A DNA stretch of 64,000 bases, taken from the NCBI RefSeq assembly GCF_001194135.2, contig NC_068995.1:56992706-57056705 (forward strand), given 5' to 3'. The notes under the pieces were generated by a model. It did no database searches. It was not told where the DNA came from and saw only the letters and a program-made list of their open reading frames with translations. Source of the stretch: Octopus bimaculoides. Taxonomy: Eukaryota. The translations under genes were made by a program, and so were the position numbers. Positions 38,526 through 51,579 of the stretch are shown piece by piece (position 1 is the first letter of the stretch; each line of letters opens with the position of its first letter).

Positions 38526-38975
38526 AGGAAGCATCATTAATAGTGATGATGATGATGGTGGTGGAAGGTTGTGATGGTGGAGGGTGGTGATGGTGGTGAG
38601 GAGTCTGTTATTAATGATAATGATGGTGACGAGGAGGAGGGGAGGTGATTGTGATGGTGGTGAGGAATCCATACATGATGATGGTGGTGGTGGTGGTGGT
38701 GGAGGTGATGGGTGGAATCTGATGAGGATGATGACGACAATAATGGTTGTGGAAGAAATGGAGATGATGATAACGATGATGATGATGGTAATGGTGAAGG
38801 TGGTGATGATGATGATGGTGGTGGTTTTTGTTGAAGCAGAGGACGGGACTGGCGGTGGTGGCAATGATGTTGATGATGATGATGACAATCTGAACAACAC
38901 TAATGAAAATAATTATTAGCAGGATGAGGACGATGATGATGATGATGAGGAGGAGGAGGAGGAGGAGGAAATATC
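38350..38975. repeat. GGT/GAT low-complexity block
   Basis: Trinucleotide mosaic. Similar blocks lie at about 5580-6130 and 17190-17940 and generate the poly-H/P/T ORFs. Confidence 0.9.
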
Positions 38976-39339
38976 AAGAAGAAAAGGATGGCGGTAAGCA
39001 AAGAGCTTGAATAAAGAAGGAGAATCTGATAAAAAGAAGAGAGATGGGGGAGGGGGGACACAAGGAGGAAGAATATGGAAAGAAAGAAAGGAGGAGGAGG
39101 AAAAAGATCAGTTTCCAAATGAAGGCAGTGGGCATTGGTCAGAGTGGGGGCTGTGTGTGATGTGGGGGGGGAGCCCTGTCTGGTGGTCTGGACTATAACA
39201 ATAAGGATGGACTGTTGTTCATATCAAAACATTTCATAAATTACACCAGACTGCATTAAGATGGTGAAGTAGGGAATTCTGACTGAAGATTGATGACTAA
39301 GGATTGATGAGCAGCAACACTCAAATACATGTATGCATA

Positions 39340-39370
<31 letters not shown>

Positions 39371-39840
39371 ATAAGTGATGGGGAAAGAAGTACCATCATC
39401 CATTACATGACGAAATATGGTCAAAGAAGGTAGGGGAGACAACCCTTGAAATTAAATTGATAATAATTAATCACTAAATGCTGTGGGGGTGGGGTGAGTT
39501 TGGTCTTTGGGAGAAAAGTGACAATTCTGAACTAAAAGATAGAATACTGAAAAGTAGAAAGAGAGGAGTAGAGGAGGGAGGAGGGGCATGGCTAGATAGA
39601 TAAATGATACACAGACACAGATGGATGGATGGATAAACAGGTAGATAGAAATGGAGAGATCATCATCATCATCATTTAACATCCGTTGTCCATGCTGGCA
39701 TGGGCTGGACAGATAGGTAAATAAATAGATACAGAGAAACAGATACAGAAAAACAGATAGAAAGATGGATACATATATATATATATATATATTTTTATTT
39801 ATTTATGTGTTTCAGCCAAGTGGCTGCGGTCATGCTGGTG

Positions 39841-39874
<34 letters not shown>

Positions 39875-39879
39875 CAATG

Positions 39880-40465
39880 GCTTTGTTTGTGAATCAGGTA
39901 GATGGAAACTATGAGGAAGCCTGTTGTGTATGTGCATTTGTTTGACAGTGTGTTTGTCTTGCTCTCCACTGATTGTCAACTGGTGTTGGTTTGTTTACAT
40001 CCCTGTAACTTAGCAATTGAGCAAACAGAAAAAGTGATTGATAGAATAAGTACGAAACTTTAAAATAAGTCCTGAGATCGATTTGTTCAACAAAACCATT
40101 CAAGGCGATGCCCCAGCATGGCCACAGTCCAATGACTGAAACAAGTAAAACATCCAACTGTACAAAAATCATATACGTGCCTAAGTGGTAAGAGGTTTGC
40201 TTTCCAACCACATGGTTCCAGGTTCAATCCCAGTCTGGGCACCTTGGGAAAGCTTCTTCTACCATAGTCCCCAGGCTAACCAAAGCTTTGTGAGTGCATG
40301 TTGTGAAAAGGAAACTGAAAGAAGCCTGTTGTAAATATATATCTGTATATATATCTATGGTTGTAAGTCTCTTTGTGTTTGTCTTGCACCACCACTGGAT
40401 AACCTGTGTTGGTTTGTTTATGACCCCCATAACTTAGCAGTTTGTCAAAATAAATAAATGAATAA
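39880..40465 (+). mobile_element. Two tandem SINE-A copies (about 39880-40150 and 40175-40465)
   Basis: Both carry GGTGTTGGTTTGTTTA..CCC.TAACTTAGCA. The second has the head CCACATGGTTCCAGGTTCAATCCCA. A reverse tail stub lies at about 39800-39845. Confidence 0.75.
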
Positions 40466-41754
40466 CACGGGATGATAGAAATTAAAAATTGTAAATGGTG
40501 AAACTCCCCAACTATTATAAATGATGCAGTGGACATGGGGACCTAATGAAAACAAGGAAACAAACCAAAATAAAACAACCAAAATTTGTTTATAAACAAG
40601 AAAATAAAACAAAATATTTTAAGAACGAAAATATCGAACAGTTAAATGAAAATAAGTAAACAATGAAATCCATTTCATAACGCAGAGACACCATTAAAAT
40701 GATGTTGGAGCCAATAAATGTGTACAAGAAAACTATTTAAAATAACAAAGGAAAAAAATAAATAAAGGAATATAAAAAAAAAATGTTTTAAAAATACATG
40801 AAAATCATTAAAAAAAAATGAAGGGAACCTTTGAGAAATAATGATGAATCTACAAAAATAAATTAAATAGAAAAAATTTTTACTTGGAAACTATGCGGTT
40901 TTTTTTTTTTTCGGAAAATATAAAAATTTAAACATTTATGAAGAATTTCAAGTTGTAAAGTGGTTTTAATTCTATATGAAACAAAGAAAAGATTTTTCTA
41001 AAGCAGAAACACAAAGCCACACACACACACAAGAATTCTATGGTCATGAAAAAAAAAATTAAGAAGGAACAACAACAGAATTAAGAATGGTGATCCCACC
41101 TTTCATTCTTCACAAAAAAAAAAAAAAAGCAAAAAAAGAAAGGAAAAACAGATGGACAAAGAATTCAAGAAGCTCTGATTGATTCCTACAGAATTCTGGA
41201 GTGGTAGATGAAAGAACCTGGCTAATTTTTCAAAAAAGGTGAATGAGCCTCAAACTGTCATCCTCATCCCCATCGTTATTGTGTTAATGATGAAGGAGGA
41301 GGGGAAGGAGTGGTGAAGTGTTGTTGAAGGGGTCAGTTTGCATACATAGTGTGTGTGTGTGTGTGTGTGTATGATTAAGAAGCTGGCTGTGTACTCGCAT
41401 AATCTCAGGTTCAATCTCAAGAGGCACTTTGCATTCTGATAACAGCACTTATAATGGTGCTGATACCAATTCTATTTAAGTCAGTAGCCCTTGGATAAAC
41501 ATCAACATTGTGGAGAAAAGGATGGACTTGCATTTCAACAGTCAGATCCCCTTCTTGTGACCAATCCTCACCTGTTTCCAAGTAAAGTAATTTTTTCTCA
41601 TGTCTGGACACATTTTACACAGGTAAAAATATGCAAAACTTTTCTCAAGTTCCAAATGTGGATTTCTCTGTGTTAACTACATCCCAAAAATGGAGCCTTG
41701 TATCTTTGTTGGAAACCGACTCCCTCCTCAGTGGAACATTTATAATAATTTAAA

Positions 41755-41925
41755 AATAGAAGATACATACTTCTTTCAGTGTCTGTCTACCAAATCCACT
41801 CACAAGACTTTGGTCAACCTGGGGTAATAATAGAAGATACTTTTCCAAGGCATCAAGCAGTGGGACTGAAACCAGAACCATGGAGTTGGGAAGCAAACCT
41901 CTTACCACACAGCTCCACCTGTGCA
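41755..41925 (-). mobile_element. SINE-A 5' half
   Basis: TTCTTTCAGTGTCTGTCTACCAAATCCACTCACAAGACTTTGG...GGGACTGAAACC. Confidence 0.8.
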
Positions 41926-42342
41926 GCATCCGTATTTTCTTTTTCAATTCTTTCCAAATTGTATTTTTAGTCTGCTGCTATCCAGACACATTAATGCACA
42001 GGGTGTCATTTGAGAGAGACTTTTTATTTGCCTGCTATTTTTAGCAGGTCAAGTTGTTGCATAGAGGTTCCCTTGGATTCCAATGAAGCTTTAAGATTGG
42101 GTTGAAATAACAATGTCATCTGGTACATTCTTCTTTCAAGGATTTTTGTTTCCTACATCAAATGATGTAAGAATGCTTTTGGCTTTGGTTGACGAAGAGA
42201 CAGAGATAAATTATTCATAAGACTTTATTGAAAAATTTCTTTAAAGACACACACACACACACACACATTTATATATATACATATAGATGTGTGCGTGTGG
42301 ATTGATGGATGGATGGATGTATATACATATGCATTCATACAT

Positions 42343-42348
<6 letters not shown>

Positions 42349-42432
<84 letters not shown>
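42349..42432. repeat. (TA)n microsatellite, representative of dozens of (TA)/(CA)/(GA)/(AAT)/(GAT)/(CAC) tracts
   Basis: Examples: 6562-6644 (TA), 8046-8098 (CA), 36492-36545 (GA), 31896-31965 (ACT/AAT), 53660-53712 (AAT). Confidence 0.95.
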
Positions 42433-42435
<3 letters not shown>

Positions 42436-42469
42436 CAAAAATACATACATACAAACACACGTAAGTTTT

Positions 42470-42680
42470 AGAGTGTTGTTGTTGTTTAGCCCAAGGTCAG
42501 ATAATCTCTGGTCAAGAAGATTTATGATTAAAGACGTTCCAATCATAACCATCCTTTTCTAATTTTCTTTAAAGTTTCCGAGTACCCATATTTCTCTAAA
42601 ATCTCCTTTTTAAGATATTAGGGTGTAATTTGAGGGGGGATTTAACTCATATTTCTAACAGGTTAAATAGTCACACAGAG
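42470..42680 (+). repeat. Unclassified interspersed repeat (family E)
   Basis: GTTTAGCCCAAGGTCAG...TGAT.AAAG.C.TTCCA..CAT.ACCATC...GAGGGGGATTT. Relatives lie at about 2100-2165, 4610-4770, 24800-24990, 33400-33470 and 42860-42965. Confidence 0.55.
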
Positions 42681-43494
42681 AGTCCCTGGTTGGTGTTGGT
42701 TAGGGTTAGGGTTATGGTTATAATGGAGAGTCAACTGGTACATTTCTTTCAAAGAACTTTTTCTACATCAAATGATACAAGAATGCCATTGGCTTCAGTT
42801 CACTAAAAGATATTGATAATTCATTGGTAGATATTGAGAAATTTCTTTGGATATATTTTAATATGACCCTAATGTTGATGTGCATTTAGCTCCAGGTCAT
42901 CTTGGATCAAGCAGAACTATGATCAAAGGCATTCCAGCCATGACCATCCTGTCTTTTTTTCACCGGTAGCATGGAGTGGTTTTGTTGAATGGTGTGTTTC
43001 TTTGATGCATAAAGTTAGCGAATATGTGATGTGTGTTTCACATATGTCGTATTTCTGTTTGGTTTCTTTGTTTTGTTCTCAGTTGCCTGATCCAATCCTG
43101 TTTCCTCCCCCTCCCCCACTTCAAACTGATATTCACCATTGACCACACCTCCAACCGTGTTCACCACACACTTTATTCACCTGTCATTCTTCTTTCACCT
43201 ATCCATTCACCCAGGACAGGATTAAGACCCATCAAGGCCCTAAGAACTCAAAAGATTTTGGTGCCTCCATATCTTTGCAATTAAAAATTTAAACCATACT
43301 AAATCATAAAATTATTTTTTTATTTTTCAAAATGAAACAGAAAAACTAACGTTAAGATGGAAAATAATGTTTCTCTTTGAATATTTCTACTTTATTTGAA
43401 AAGATTTCCCCTACATTTTTTTAATTGCAAAGTCGTTGATCAACATCCTCACAATGACACCATGAACCTCATAACATGAGCATGTATATGTCAT

Positions 43495-43690
43495 TTAGTC
43501 ATTTGTTTCAGTCATTTGACTGTGGCCATGCTGGAGCACTGTCTTTAGTTGAACAAATCGACCCCAGGACTTATTCTTTGTAAGCCTAGTACTTATTCTA
43601 TTGGTCTCTTTGGCTGAACTGCTAGGTTACGGGGCGTAAACACACTTACACCGATTGTCAAGTGATGGTGGGGCCACAAGCACGCACACA
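43495..43690 (-). mobile_element. SINE-A 3' half
   Basis: TGTTTCAGTCATTTGACTGTGGCCATGCTGGAGCAC...CGACCCCAGGACTTATTC...GTTACGGGG. Confidence 0.85.
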
Positions 43691-43696
43691 AATATA

Positions 43697-43732
<36 letters not shown>

Positions 43733-43734
43733 GG

Positions 43735-43915
43735 GAGAATTCACAAAAAAACAAAAGACGAAGACAGGTGGTGTAGAAAACAAACAGATGTATTAGTATA
43801 ACGCTCGGGAATTGAAAAAGAACTTGACGTTTCGAGCCTACGCTCTTACACAGAAAGAAACAAGGAGAGAAAATAAAGAATGTGTAGTGGCTAGCAATCT
43901 ATCATGGCGAATGAT
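43735..43915 (-). mobile_element. Penelope-type terminal repeat with degenerate hammerhead (43823-43857)
   Basis: Minus strand CTTT-CTGTGTA-A-GAGC-GTAG-GCTC-GAAA-CGTC-AAG has stem II, GAAA and a palindromic ACGT+C (GUC site) typical of PLE hammerheads. The CUGANGA box is mutated. Confidence 0.55.
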
Positions 43916-44557
43916 ATATATATTTCAGGTGTGATAGAAAAGAGATTGGGTGGAGGGGTGTTGAATTATTTTTATAACTATTAGCAAAGCTGGATGAGTA
44001 GAGTCGTTATTTGTTGTTAGAAAAGTCGTGCCGGGGTAGGTGATTGCAGCAACACATGTCTGCTTGAGCTGGATACAAAGACTGTTATCATGGAGACATC
44101 GTATGCAATTTTGAGGTGTAACTAAATTTAACAAATTTTACAACTAAATATTGACATATTTTCTAAATATGTATATTAAATAAAATTATATATAATATAA
44201 TAATTTAGCTTAGCTTTCATCTCACAGAAGTCATATGTAATATAATTATTTAGTTTAAGCTTTCATCTCATGGAATGACAACGCTTGCCCCCTCATTGTG
44301 GCTCCTTCATATAAACTTCTGCTACTCGGACTGAATTCAGACCTTGTCGTCACAAAGTCTGTTTATCATAGAGACATCATACACTATTTGCCTGGTATAA
44401 CTAAATCTCAACATATTTTTGAAATACATATACGAAATGAAATTATATATATACTATAACTGTCTCTCTCTCTTCAATTTTCTCACTGTATGTGCGTGTG
44501 TATGCATGCTTGTTCTCTATATGAGCATATGGATACCTGGCTTTAGATATATTTCTA

Positions 44558-44639
<82 letters not shown>

Positions 44640-45929
44640 ACTATAAATATATATATATACATACATGGACACACATACATATAGAAAGAGAGACAGAAGT
44701 GTGTGAGCATACAAATATACATTGCATTCTTGGAAGAAAACCAGGAAGAGAATCTTCATCAGAACGACTAAATAATTTCTTACGTAATCTTGTGAAAATT
44801 CATTGGAGCAAATCGTAATAGTGGATTGAAAAATTGCATTTAACAAGACAGTGTTGAGAAAAGACAAGGGAATTCTATGGAACCATAAAAGAGAGAACAG
44901 AGAAAATCAGAAGAAGAGAGAGAAAACGAACGGGTGGGGAAATTTCAAGAAAGTTGTGTAATTTTACTATGATACTGACAGGGAGGAGGAAGAGGAGGAG
45001 AAGAGAGGAAGGAAGGTGGTCGATGATATTTGGTAAAGAATAAGCAAGATTAAATTACATATGGATGAAAGGGAAAGTTCATAAAGGCATCGTTTATTGT
45101 TCTTATGATTCTTCTGCAACAAGAGGCAAACACATTCATGAAGAACATGGCACCCCATTGGGTAGTATGGGTCAATCAATATTTGAATAAAAGCTGCCCA
45201 CTAGTCAGGGATATTTCCGTGACAACCAGCAGGAAGATTTTTATTGTGATATCAAGTCTCTGTAAGAAGAAACCTTCTTCGCTTTGCTCTAAACTTAAGA
45301 AACTCCAGTACAATGGATTCTTTTTTATTATTTTTTTTTTGCTTCCATATTTTTTTGTTTTTGTTTTCTGGTGATAATTAGACAGAAGCCTGAAGAGAAA
45401 AAGAGGAGGGGAGGGCAGACAACATTGTCACAGCCAATCAAAATTGTCCTTTTATTATCTTCTATGCCTTCTTTATTTTACTTCTTCATTTCAAATGGCA
45501 TCTAAATGTGTGGGGTTTTTTTTGCCTTCTTTCTTCACACATGTAAGAATCACTCACCCACCTCTTTCAACTACCCACCCACATACCTGTCTTCTTCTCT
45601 CTCTCTCTCTTACAACATGTAAAAATAAAAAGAAACTAAAACATGTCTGTGCATCTAATTTATTTACAAGAAATATTCCTTGCAACTAAATATAATGGAT
45701 CATAAAGTAATTAAGTGAAGGTTCTTTCTATGTAAAATAGATAAATTGTTTTATCTTTTCACACCCAGACACTTGCGGGTCAGCACCACGGCTGTTGTTG
45801 TTGTTGTTGTTTGTATATTTTGTTTTATTCTGATATTTATGTTGTTGTTGTAGATTTATTAATGGTGTATCAAATCAAATAATAAATTTACTGAAATACT
45901 TTAATTAGAAATTACTTACATTTATAGTT

Positions 45930-46308
45930 GCAGGCAAGGCTGTATGGTTCAGAAGTGCTCTTTGCAAACCACAGGATTCTGGGTTCAGTCCCAGTTCATG
46001 GTACCATGGGAAAGTTTCTTCTACTACAGCCGCAGGCCAATCAATGCCTTCAGAGACAGATACCATTTTATGTGTATGTGGCTGTGTGTGTGTGTGTGTG
46101 TGTCTCCACACCACATGTTAACTGGTGTTGGTTTGTTTACATCCCTGTAACTCAGTGGATTGGAGAAATGAACCACTAGAATATGTACCAGACTTAAAAG
46201 ATTATGTACGGCGGTGGGGGGGGGATCGATTTGTTTGATTAAACTCTTTAGAGCAGTGCTCCAGCATGGCTGCAGTCCAATGAGTGAAACATGCAAAAGG
46301 TAAAAGAG
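45930..46308 (+). mobile_element. SINE-A full-length copy
   Basis: Head GGTTCAGTCCCA, (TG)n linker, tail GTGCTCCAGCATGGCTGCAGTCCAATGAGTGAAAC. Confidence 0.8.
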
Positions 46309-46443
46309 AGACTCAAAAAAAGGCAAAAGTTAATATTTGAATAAGAGACAAAAACTTAAGAATGATTTACAGAGAAATTTCTTACTCCCCCACCCCCACC
46401 CAAGAGGCAGTACCACCCACATTAAGAAACAGAACTTTAGAGT

Positions 46444-46521
46444 AGGGCACCCCAACCAGTCACATGTGGACTGGTATCAGGCCATGGGTCATTTGGCTTT
46501 GGGCCACACAGAAAGAATAAA
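46444..46521 (+). mobile_element. hAT-Charlie (MER20-like) terminal fragment
   Basis: AGGGCACCCCAACC...GGACTGGTATCAGGCCATGGGTCATTTGG...GGGCCACACAGAAAGAATAA resembles a Charlie terminus. Confidence 0.55.
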
Positions 46522-47124
46522 CCGTATAGCTGTCATCTATCGAATTCACACCCAAAGTTTAAGTGAAGCAAAGGGCGGCAGACTGTTGCCTGAGCATATG
46601 ATGGTTGCAAAGTGGTTGCACGGCGCTACACCTATGCATTCTTAACCACATAACCAAACCTGGTATAGCAATCTTTCAAAGCATAGATAAATGTTACATG
46701 TGTTGGTAGATGAAATGGTGAATGAGGGGTGGGGTCAGGGAGGAAAGGAGGGGGANNNNNNNNNNGGAGGGCGGGATAGCTAGGTTGATGAAGATGACAC
46801 TGAATGCTGCACACCGTAACTTTCAAATTTTAATTTCCTTTGTAAACAAACAGTGAAAGAAATGCACTCAATACAAGAGGCAGAGTATTATAGCACCAAC
46901 CTGTCTGATTCCAGCTAACCAAATCAATATATATCAATCATCATCAGCAGCAGCAGCAGTATCATCAGTTTAATGTCCACATTTCTATGCTTGCATGGGT
47001 CAGATGGAATTATTGAGGTAGATATTCTATGACTGGATGCCCATTCTGTTGGCCACCCTCACTTGGTTTCAAGTGAAGTAATATTTTTCCATTGCCAGAT
47101 ACGTTGTTGCAGGATATTGGAAAT

Positions 47125-47260
47125 GAAACATACAAACAACAAGCTTCTTTCAGTTTCCACCAACTAAATCCATTCAGAAGGCTTGGTTGACCCAGGACTA
47201 TGACAGAAGACACTTGCCCAAGGTGGCATGCAATGGGACTGAACCTGGAACCATCAATCT
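47125..47260 (-). mobile_element. SINE-A 5' half
   Basis: CTTCTTTCAGTTTCC...GAAGACACTTGCCCAAGGTGGCATGCAATGGGACTGAACCTGGAACCA. Confidence 0.8.
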
Positions 47261-48204
47261 ACATATAAAATCAGGCCCAACGAAAATCTAAAGTTGCAGG
47301 AATATTGGTAAAATAAACTAGCAGAAAAAGAAAATCCAATTCATTCTACAAATGGTAGCAAAGAACAATCAAAAGATCCCTAAAATTTAACAAAGTCATT
47401 TCCTTTTAAAATACTCAAAGATATTTGGCACCAATTCAAAATCAACAATATGAGATAGTTAAGAAAATATTGGCATTTGGTAGGACATTATTTCAAAGAT
47501 AAATATGGTTTTTTGAAACAGAAAATGAGTTGAATATTATATATCTGCATGAAAGAGAGAAAATTTAACAGAATATTTTTTAAATATTTCTAATTATAAT
47601 CGAAAATACATTTTTTCGTTTGTTTTTCGATCTAAGTTGAATTATGTTTGTTAAAAAATATAAACAAACATCATAACATTACAGTAAACAAACAAGGTTA
47701 TACAATAAAATACTATGACTGCTAGTAAAGTATCTTTCTATCCATTTACATACATATATATATATATATATACACACACCTATCAATATGTCTACAAACA
47801 CACACTTGTAATATATATCAATCTAACTGTATGCATACATATATCTACACACACATATGTATATATATACATACACACACACACAAACAATTATATACAT
47901 AATATATATTAGTCAAAGAAGATAACCAGTATTTAGAAAATATAAAACCGAAATCTAACAAAACCAAGATTATTCTACTGTAGAACATTGCACCATAGAT
48001 ATATTAATAATAATTTAGAATCTATGATGGTACCAGACTTCTTATGGAAGCTGAAGTATATTCTAAGCATATATAATGGTGAGGCAAAAGACAATTGTGA
48101 ATATAAAACTCAATTGGCTTTTTGCAAAACAATACAAATACGCAGAGGAGTAGAACTACATTTTTACCATTTTTATTCTGCCATATCAGCAAAAGACTGA
48201 ACTG

Positions 48205-48241
<37 letters not shown>

Positions 48242-50758
48242 TAATCAATGCGTTGATGTTTCTTTTCTGAAAATTCCTTTTCTTTCTTTCCTTTATCTTA
48301 ATATTTTCAGCATAATATATATATATATATATATATTTTCCCTCTTCTTCTTCTTCTTCTTCTTCTTCTTCAGCCCAACTACTTTGTCAAACAACAACCC
48401 TTCTCAATGCCTGTCAATGTAACAGCAGAACACTTACCCCCCACCCCACCACCCAATATTAAGCTCACATATGACTAGATCTCTGCAAGCAATGCAATTA
48501 GTTCTTCTTGCACGGCTCTTTCAACAAAATCACTTCTCAAGTGTTACTGGGTACAATTTCGATGTCTGTGCTTTCTTTTCCTTTTTCTTCTATTATTGTG
48601 GCCTGCTGGTTTTGTCCTCACCGAAACTGGTTGATAACCAAATTGGAGGTGTCCATTATATAACAGAGCTATCTTAGCTATACAAGAAATGAAAGCAATC
48701 TTCATCATTTGTAGTCATTTCTTCTCCTTTCTTTCTTTCTTATGATCTCCAGATGTCGCATTCTTAGTTTTCTGCATCCAAAGACTATGGCGCCAACTAT
48801 GCAACATGGGAATTTTTGGTTGCCTTCATTCGTGCAGTATTCTTCAAATTCTATTTATTTCACTACTGATACTCTCAAACTTGTGTTCCTATGGCAGTGG
48901 GAAGGAAAGGGGGGGGGGAGGGGGAGAGGTGGAATTGGTGGAAGGAGTAAGAATTTATAACAAACAACAAGCCAATCAAACAAGTATTTCTTTAAAATAA
49001 TTTATTTACTTATTTCTATGCTTATTTATTTACTTTACTTTATACGTTAGTTTATTTTTACCAAATTCTTTTGTGGTTACAAATTTGTTTTGTTTCTCTC
49101 CGACAGCATATAGATTTTGTTCAAAAACTCACACAGTTCTTTTACATTATCCTGTTTGTTTACATATACAGCAGCATCATTTTTTCCAAGACCAGTTTAC
49201 AAAACAAAGATGGATTGGAAACCAAGAGAAAGAAGAAACCAGATAATAATAATGATAATAACAATAATAATAATGAGAATAATAATAATAGGACCGAGTG
49301 TCAGTCTTAGCAAACCAACCATACATTGAAGAGAGCTCTGTGTATTTGTAAAAGATTGATAGCAAAACAATGCAAGGAAACACAAGAAATTGTAATAGAA
49401 GGAAAGAAGCAAGACAGGGTGGATTGAGAATTAGAAGATACAGTATCTTTAATAAGGATTCTCAGATCATGTGATTGGGTACCGTGTCTTTATGGAAATG
49501 GTTTCCATTTCAAGCCAGCAAATAATTAGAGTTCCTCTCTCTCTTGTATTTATATACCAATAAGAAAATTTGACAACTAAACAAAGAACCTCTAATCTAT
49601 AGGTTACTTTGAATTAAAAAAAAAAAAGAATCTTGATTAAAAAACTTTTTAATGTAAGCCCAACTTGATTTTATTGTACCAAGTTGACTTTGGTGGGATT
49701 TGAAATCCTCCTCCTCATCATCATCATAATTTTTATGTCTGTGTTCCATGCTGGTATGGGTTAGATGGTTTGGTAGGATCCAATAGGTTCAAGGGCAGCA
49801 CCAAGTTCCAGTCACCTGCTTTGACATGGATTCTATGGTAGGATGCACTTCCTAACACCAACAACTTTCCCAGCATTATATACTGGGAGCATTTTCCATG
49901 TCACTGGCGTTGATGAGGCTACTATGCAGCCTGTGAGAGTGTAAAGAGCCAGGAAAAATAATACAAGGAATTTTCTCCCAAAAACTCTAACAATTTAATG
50001 TTGTGTGTAAACAATCAAAGATCACAATTTTTCCAAATTCTGCTGCGTTTCCCATGGAATTTTTGGTCCTTTAAAGTTGTCTTGGTGTATAAGTTAACCT
50101 CGCATTGNNNNNNNNNNNNNNNNNNNNNNNNNNNNNNNNNNNNNNNNNNNNNNNNNNNNNNNNNNNNNNNNNNNNNNNNNNNNNNNNNNNNNNNNNNNNN
50201 NNNNNNNNNNNNNNNNNNNNNNNNNNNNNNNNNNNNNNNNNNNNNNNNNNNNNNNNNNNNNNNNNNNNNNNNNNNNNNNNNNNNNNNNNNNNNNNNNNNN
50301 NNNNNNNNNNNNNNNNNNNNNNNNNNNNNNNNNNNNNNNNNNNNNNNNNNNNNNNNNNNNNNNNNNNNNNNNNNNNNNNNNNNNNNNNNNNNNNNNNNNN
50401 NNNNNNNNNNNNNNNNNNNNNNNNNNNNNNNNNNNNNNNNNNNNNNNNNNNNNNNNNNNNNNNNNNNNNNNNNNNNNNNNNNNNNNNNNNNNNNNNNNNN
50501 NNNNNNNNNNNNNNNNNNNNNNNNNNNNNNNNNNNNNNNNNNNNNNNNNNNNNNNNNNNNNNNNNNNNNNNNNNNNNNNNNNNNNNNNNNNNNNNNNNNN
50601 NNNNNNNNNNNNNNNNNNNNNNNNNNNNNNNNNNNNNNNNNNNNNNNNNNNNNNNNNNNNNNNNNNNNNNNNNNNNNNNNNNNNNNNNNNNNNNNNNNNN
50701 NNNNNNNNNNNNNNNNNNNNNNNNNNNNNNNNNNNNNNNNNNNNNNNNNNNNNNNNNC

Positions 50759-50847
50759 ACCTTGGGCAAGTGTCTTGTACTATAGCTTCGGGCCGACCAA
50801 AGCCTTGTGAGTGGATTTGGTAGACGGAAACTGAAAGAAGCCCGTCG

Positions 50848-50880
<33 letters not shown>

Positions 50881-51094
50881 TTGTGTGTCTGTGTTTGTCC
50901 CCCCACCATCGCTTGACAACCGATGCTGGTGTGTTTACGTCCCCGTAACTTAGCGGTTCGGCAAAAAGAGACTGACAGAATAAGTACTAGGCTTACAAAG
51001 AATAAGTCCCGGGGTCGATTTGCTCGACTAAAGGCGGTGCTCCAGCATGGCCGCAGTCAAATGACTGAAACAAGTAAAAAGAGTAAAAAAAGAG
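50759..51094 (+). mobile_element. SINE family A (tRNA-type head, microsatellite linker, conserved tail), young near-complete copy
   Basis: CTTGGGCAAGTGTCTT...GCCTTGTGAGTGGATTTGGTAGACGGAAACTGAAAGAAGCCCGTCG-(TA/TG)n-...CTTGACAACCGATGCTGGTGTGTTTACGTCCCCGTAACTTAGCGGTTCGGC...TGCTCCAGCATGGCCGCAGTC...GAAACAAGTAAAA. CpGs are intact, the 5' end runs into a gap, and more than 20 homologous pieces occur in the window. Confidence 0.88.
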
Positions 51095-51289
51095 AATATA
51101 TATATGAAAAAGATACCAGCTGCAGTAATAACTATTTTTGTTTAATGTAACATCTTCAATTAATGTGTCTGCAGAAAGTATCCAGCTGAGAGTTAAAGAG
51201 ACCAATATTCATAAAGGAAAAATGGTAGAGAATTAAAGGAGAACAACTAGACATCTTCACCATCCATACATACACACAGACATGCAAAC

Positions 51290-51405
51290 CTGCTTAATTC
51301 TTCCAACGGTGCAATCATGACTGGTTTTCTCATTCCACCTGACACATCTGTGTCAAAGTGTTTCTTGAAAATCAGGTCACCTTCACCGCCAGTGTGATTA
51401 CCTTC
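51290..51405 (-). CDS. Candidate internal exon EGNHTGGEGDLIFKKHFDTDVSGGMRKPVMIAPLEELS(R), no family recognised
   Basis: Non-repetitive open frame with CATCTCAG| acceptor (alternative CAG at 51419-51421) and AG|GTTTGC donor. Plus-strand frames are also partly open. Confidence 0.25.
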
Positions 51406-51528
51406 CTGAGATGCCAAACTGATTGTGGGAACAGCTCAAACGAACAGGAATCTCCTCACCAAATAAATTGTCAATGATAACAAGAAGCTATATGACATCA
51501 CCTAACCCTCCACAAATGTTTCTCTGTT

Positions 51529-51579
<51 letters not shown>

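Noticed and set aside
38988-38999. ATGGCG|GTAAGC two-codon first exon
   Set aside because: Sits in GAG/GAT low complexity with no supporting promoter or downstream exon.
42696-42712. Interstitial telomere (TTAGGG)2
   Set aside because: Too short, and embedded in an interspersed repeat.
27884-48078. Plus-strand exon candidates 27884-27952 (LLRHKHTEVDSTEIGVADNFHL), 41192-41238 (NSGVVDERTWLIFQK) and 48019-48078 (SMMVPDFLWKLKYILSIYN)
   Set aside because: Plausible AG/GT and single open frames, but phases do not chain, no family is recognised, and such hits are expected by chance.
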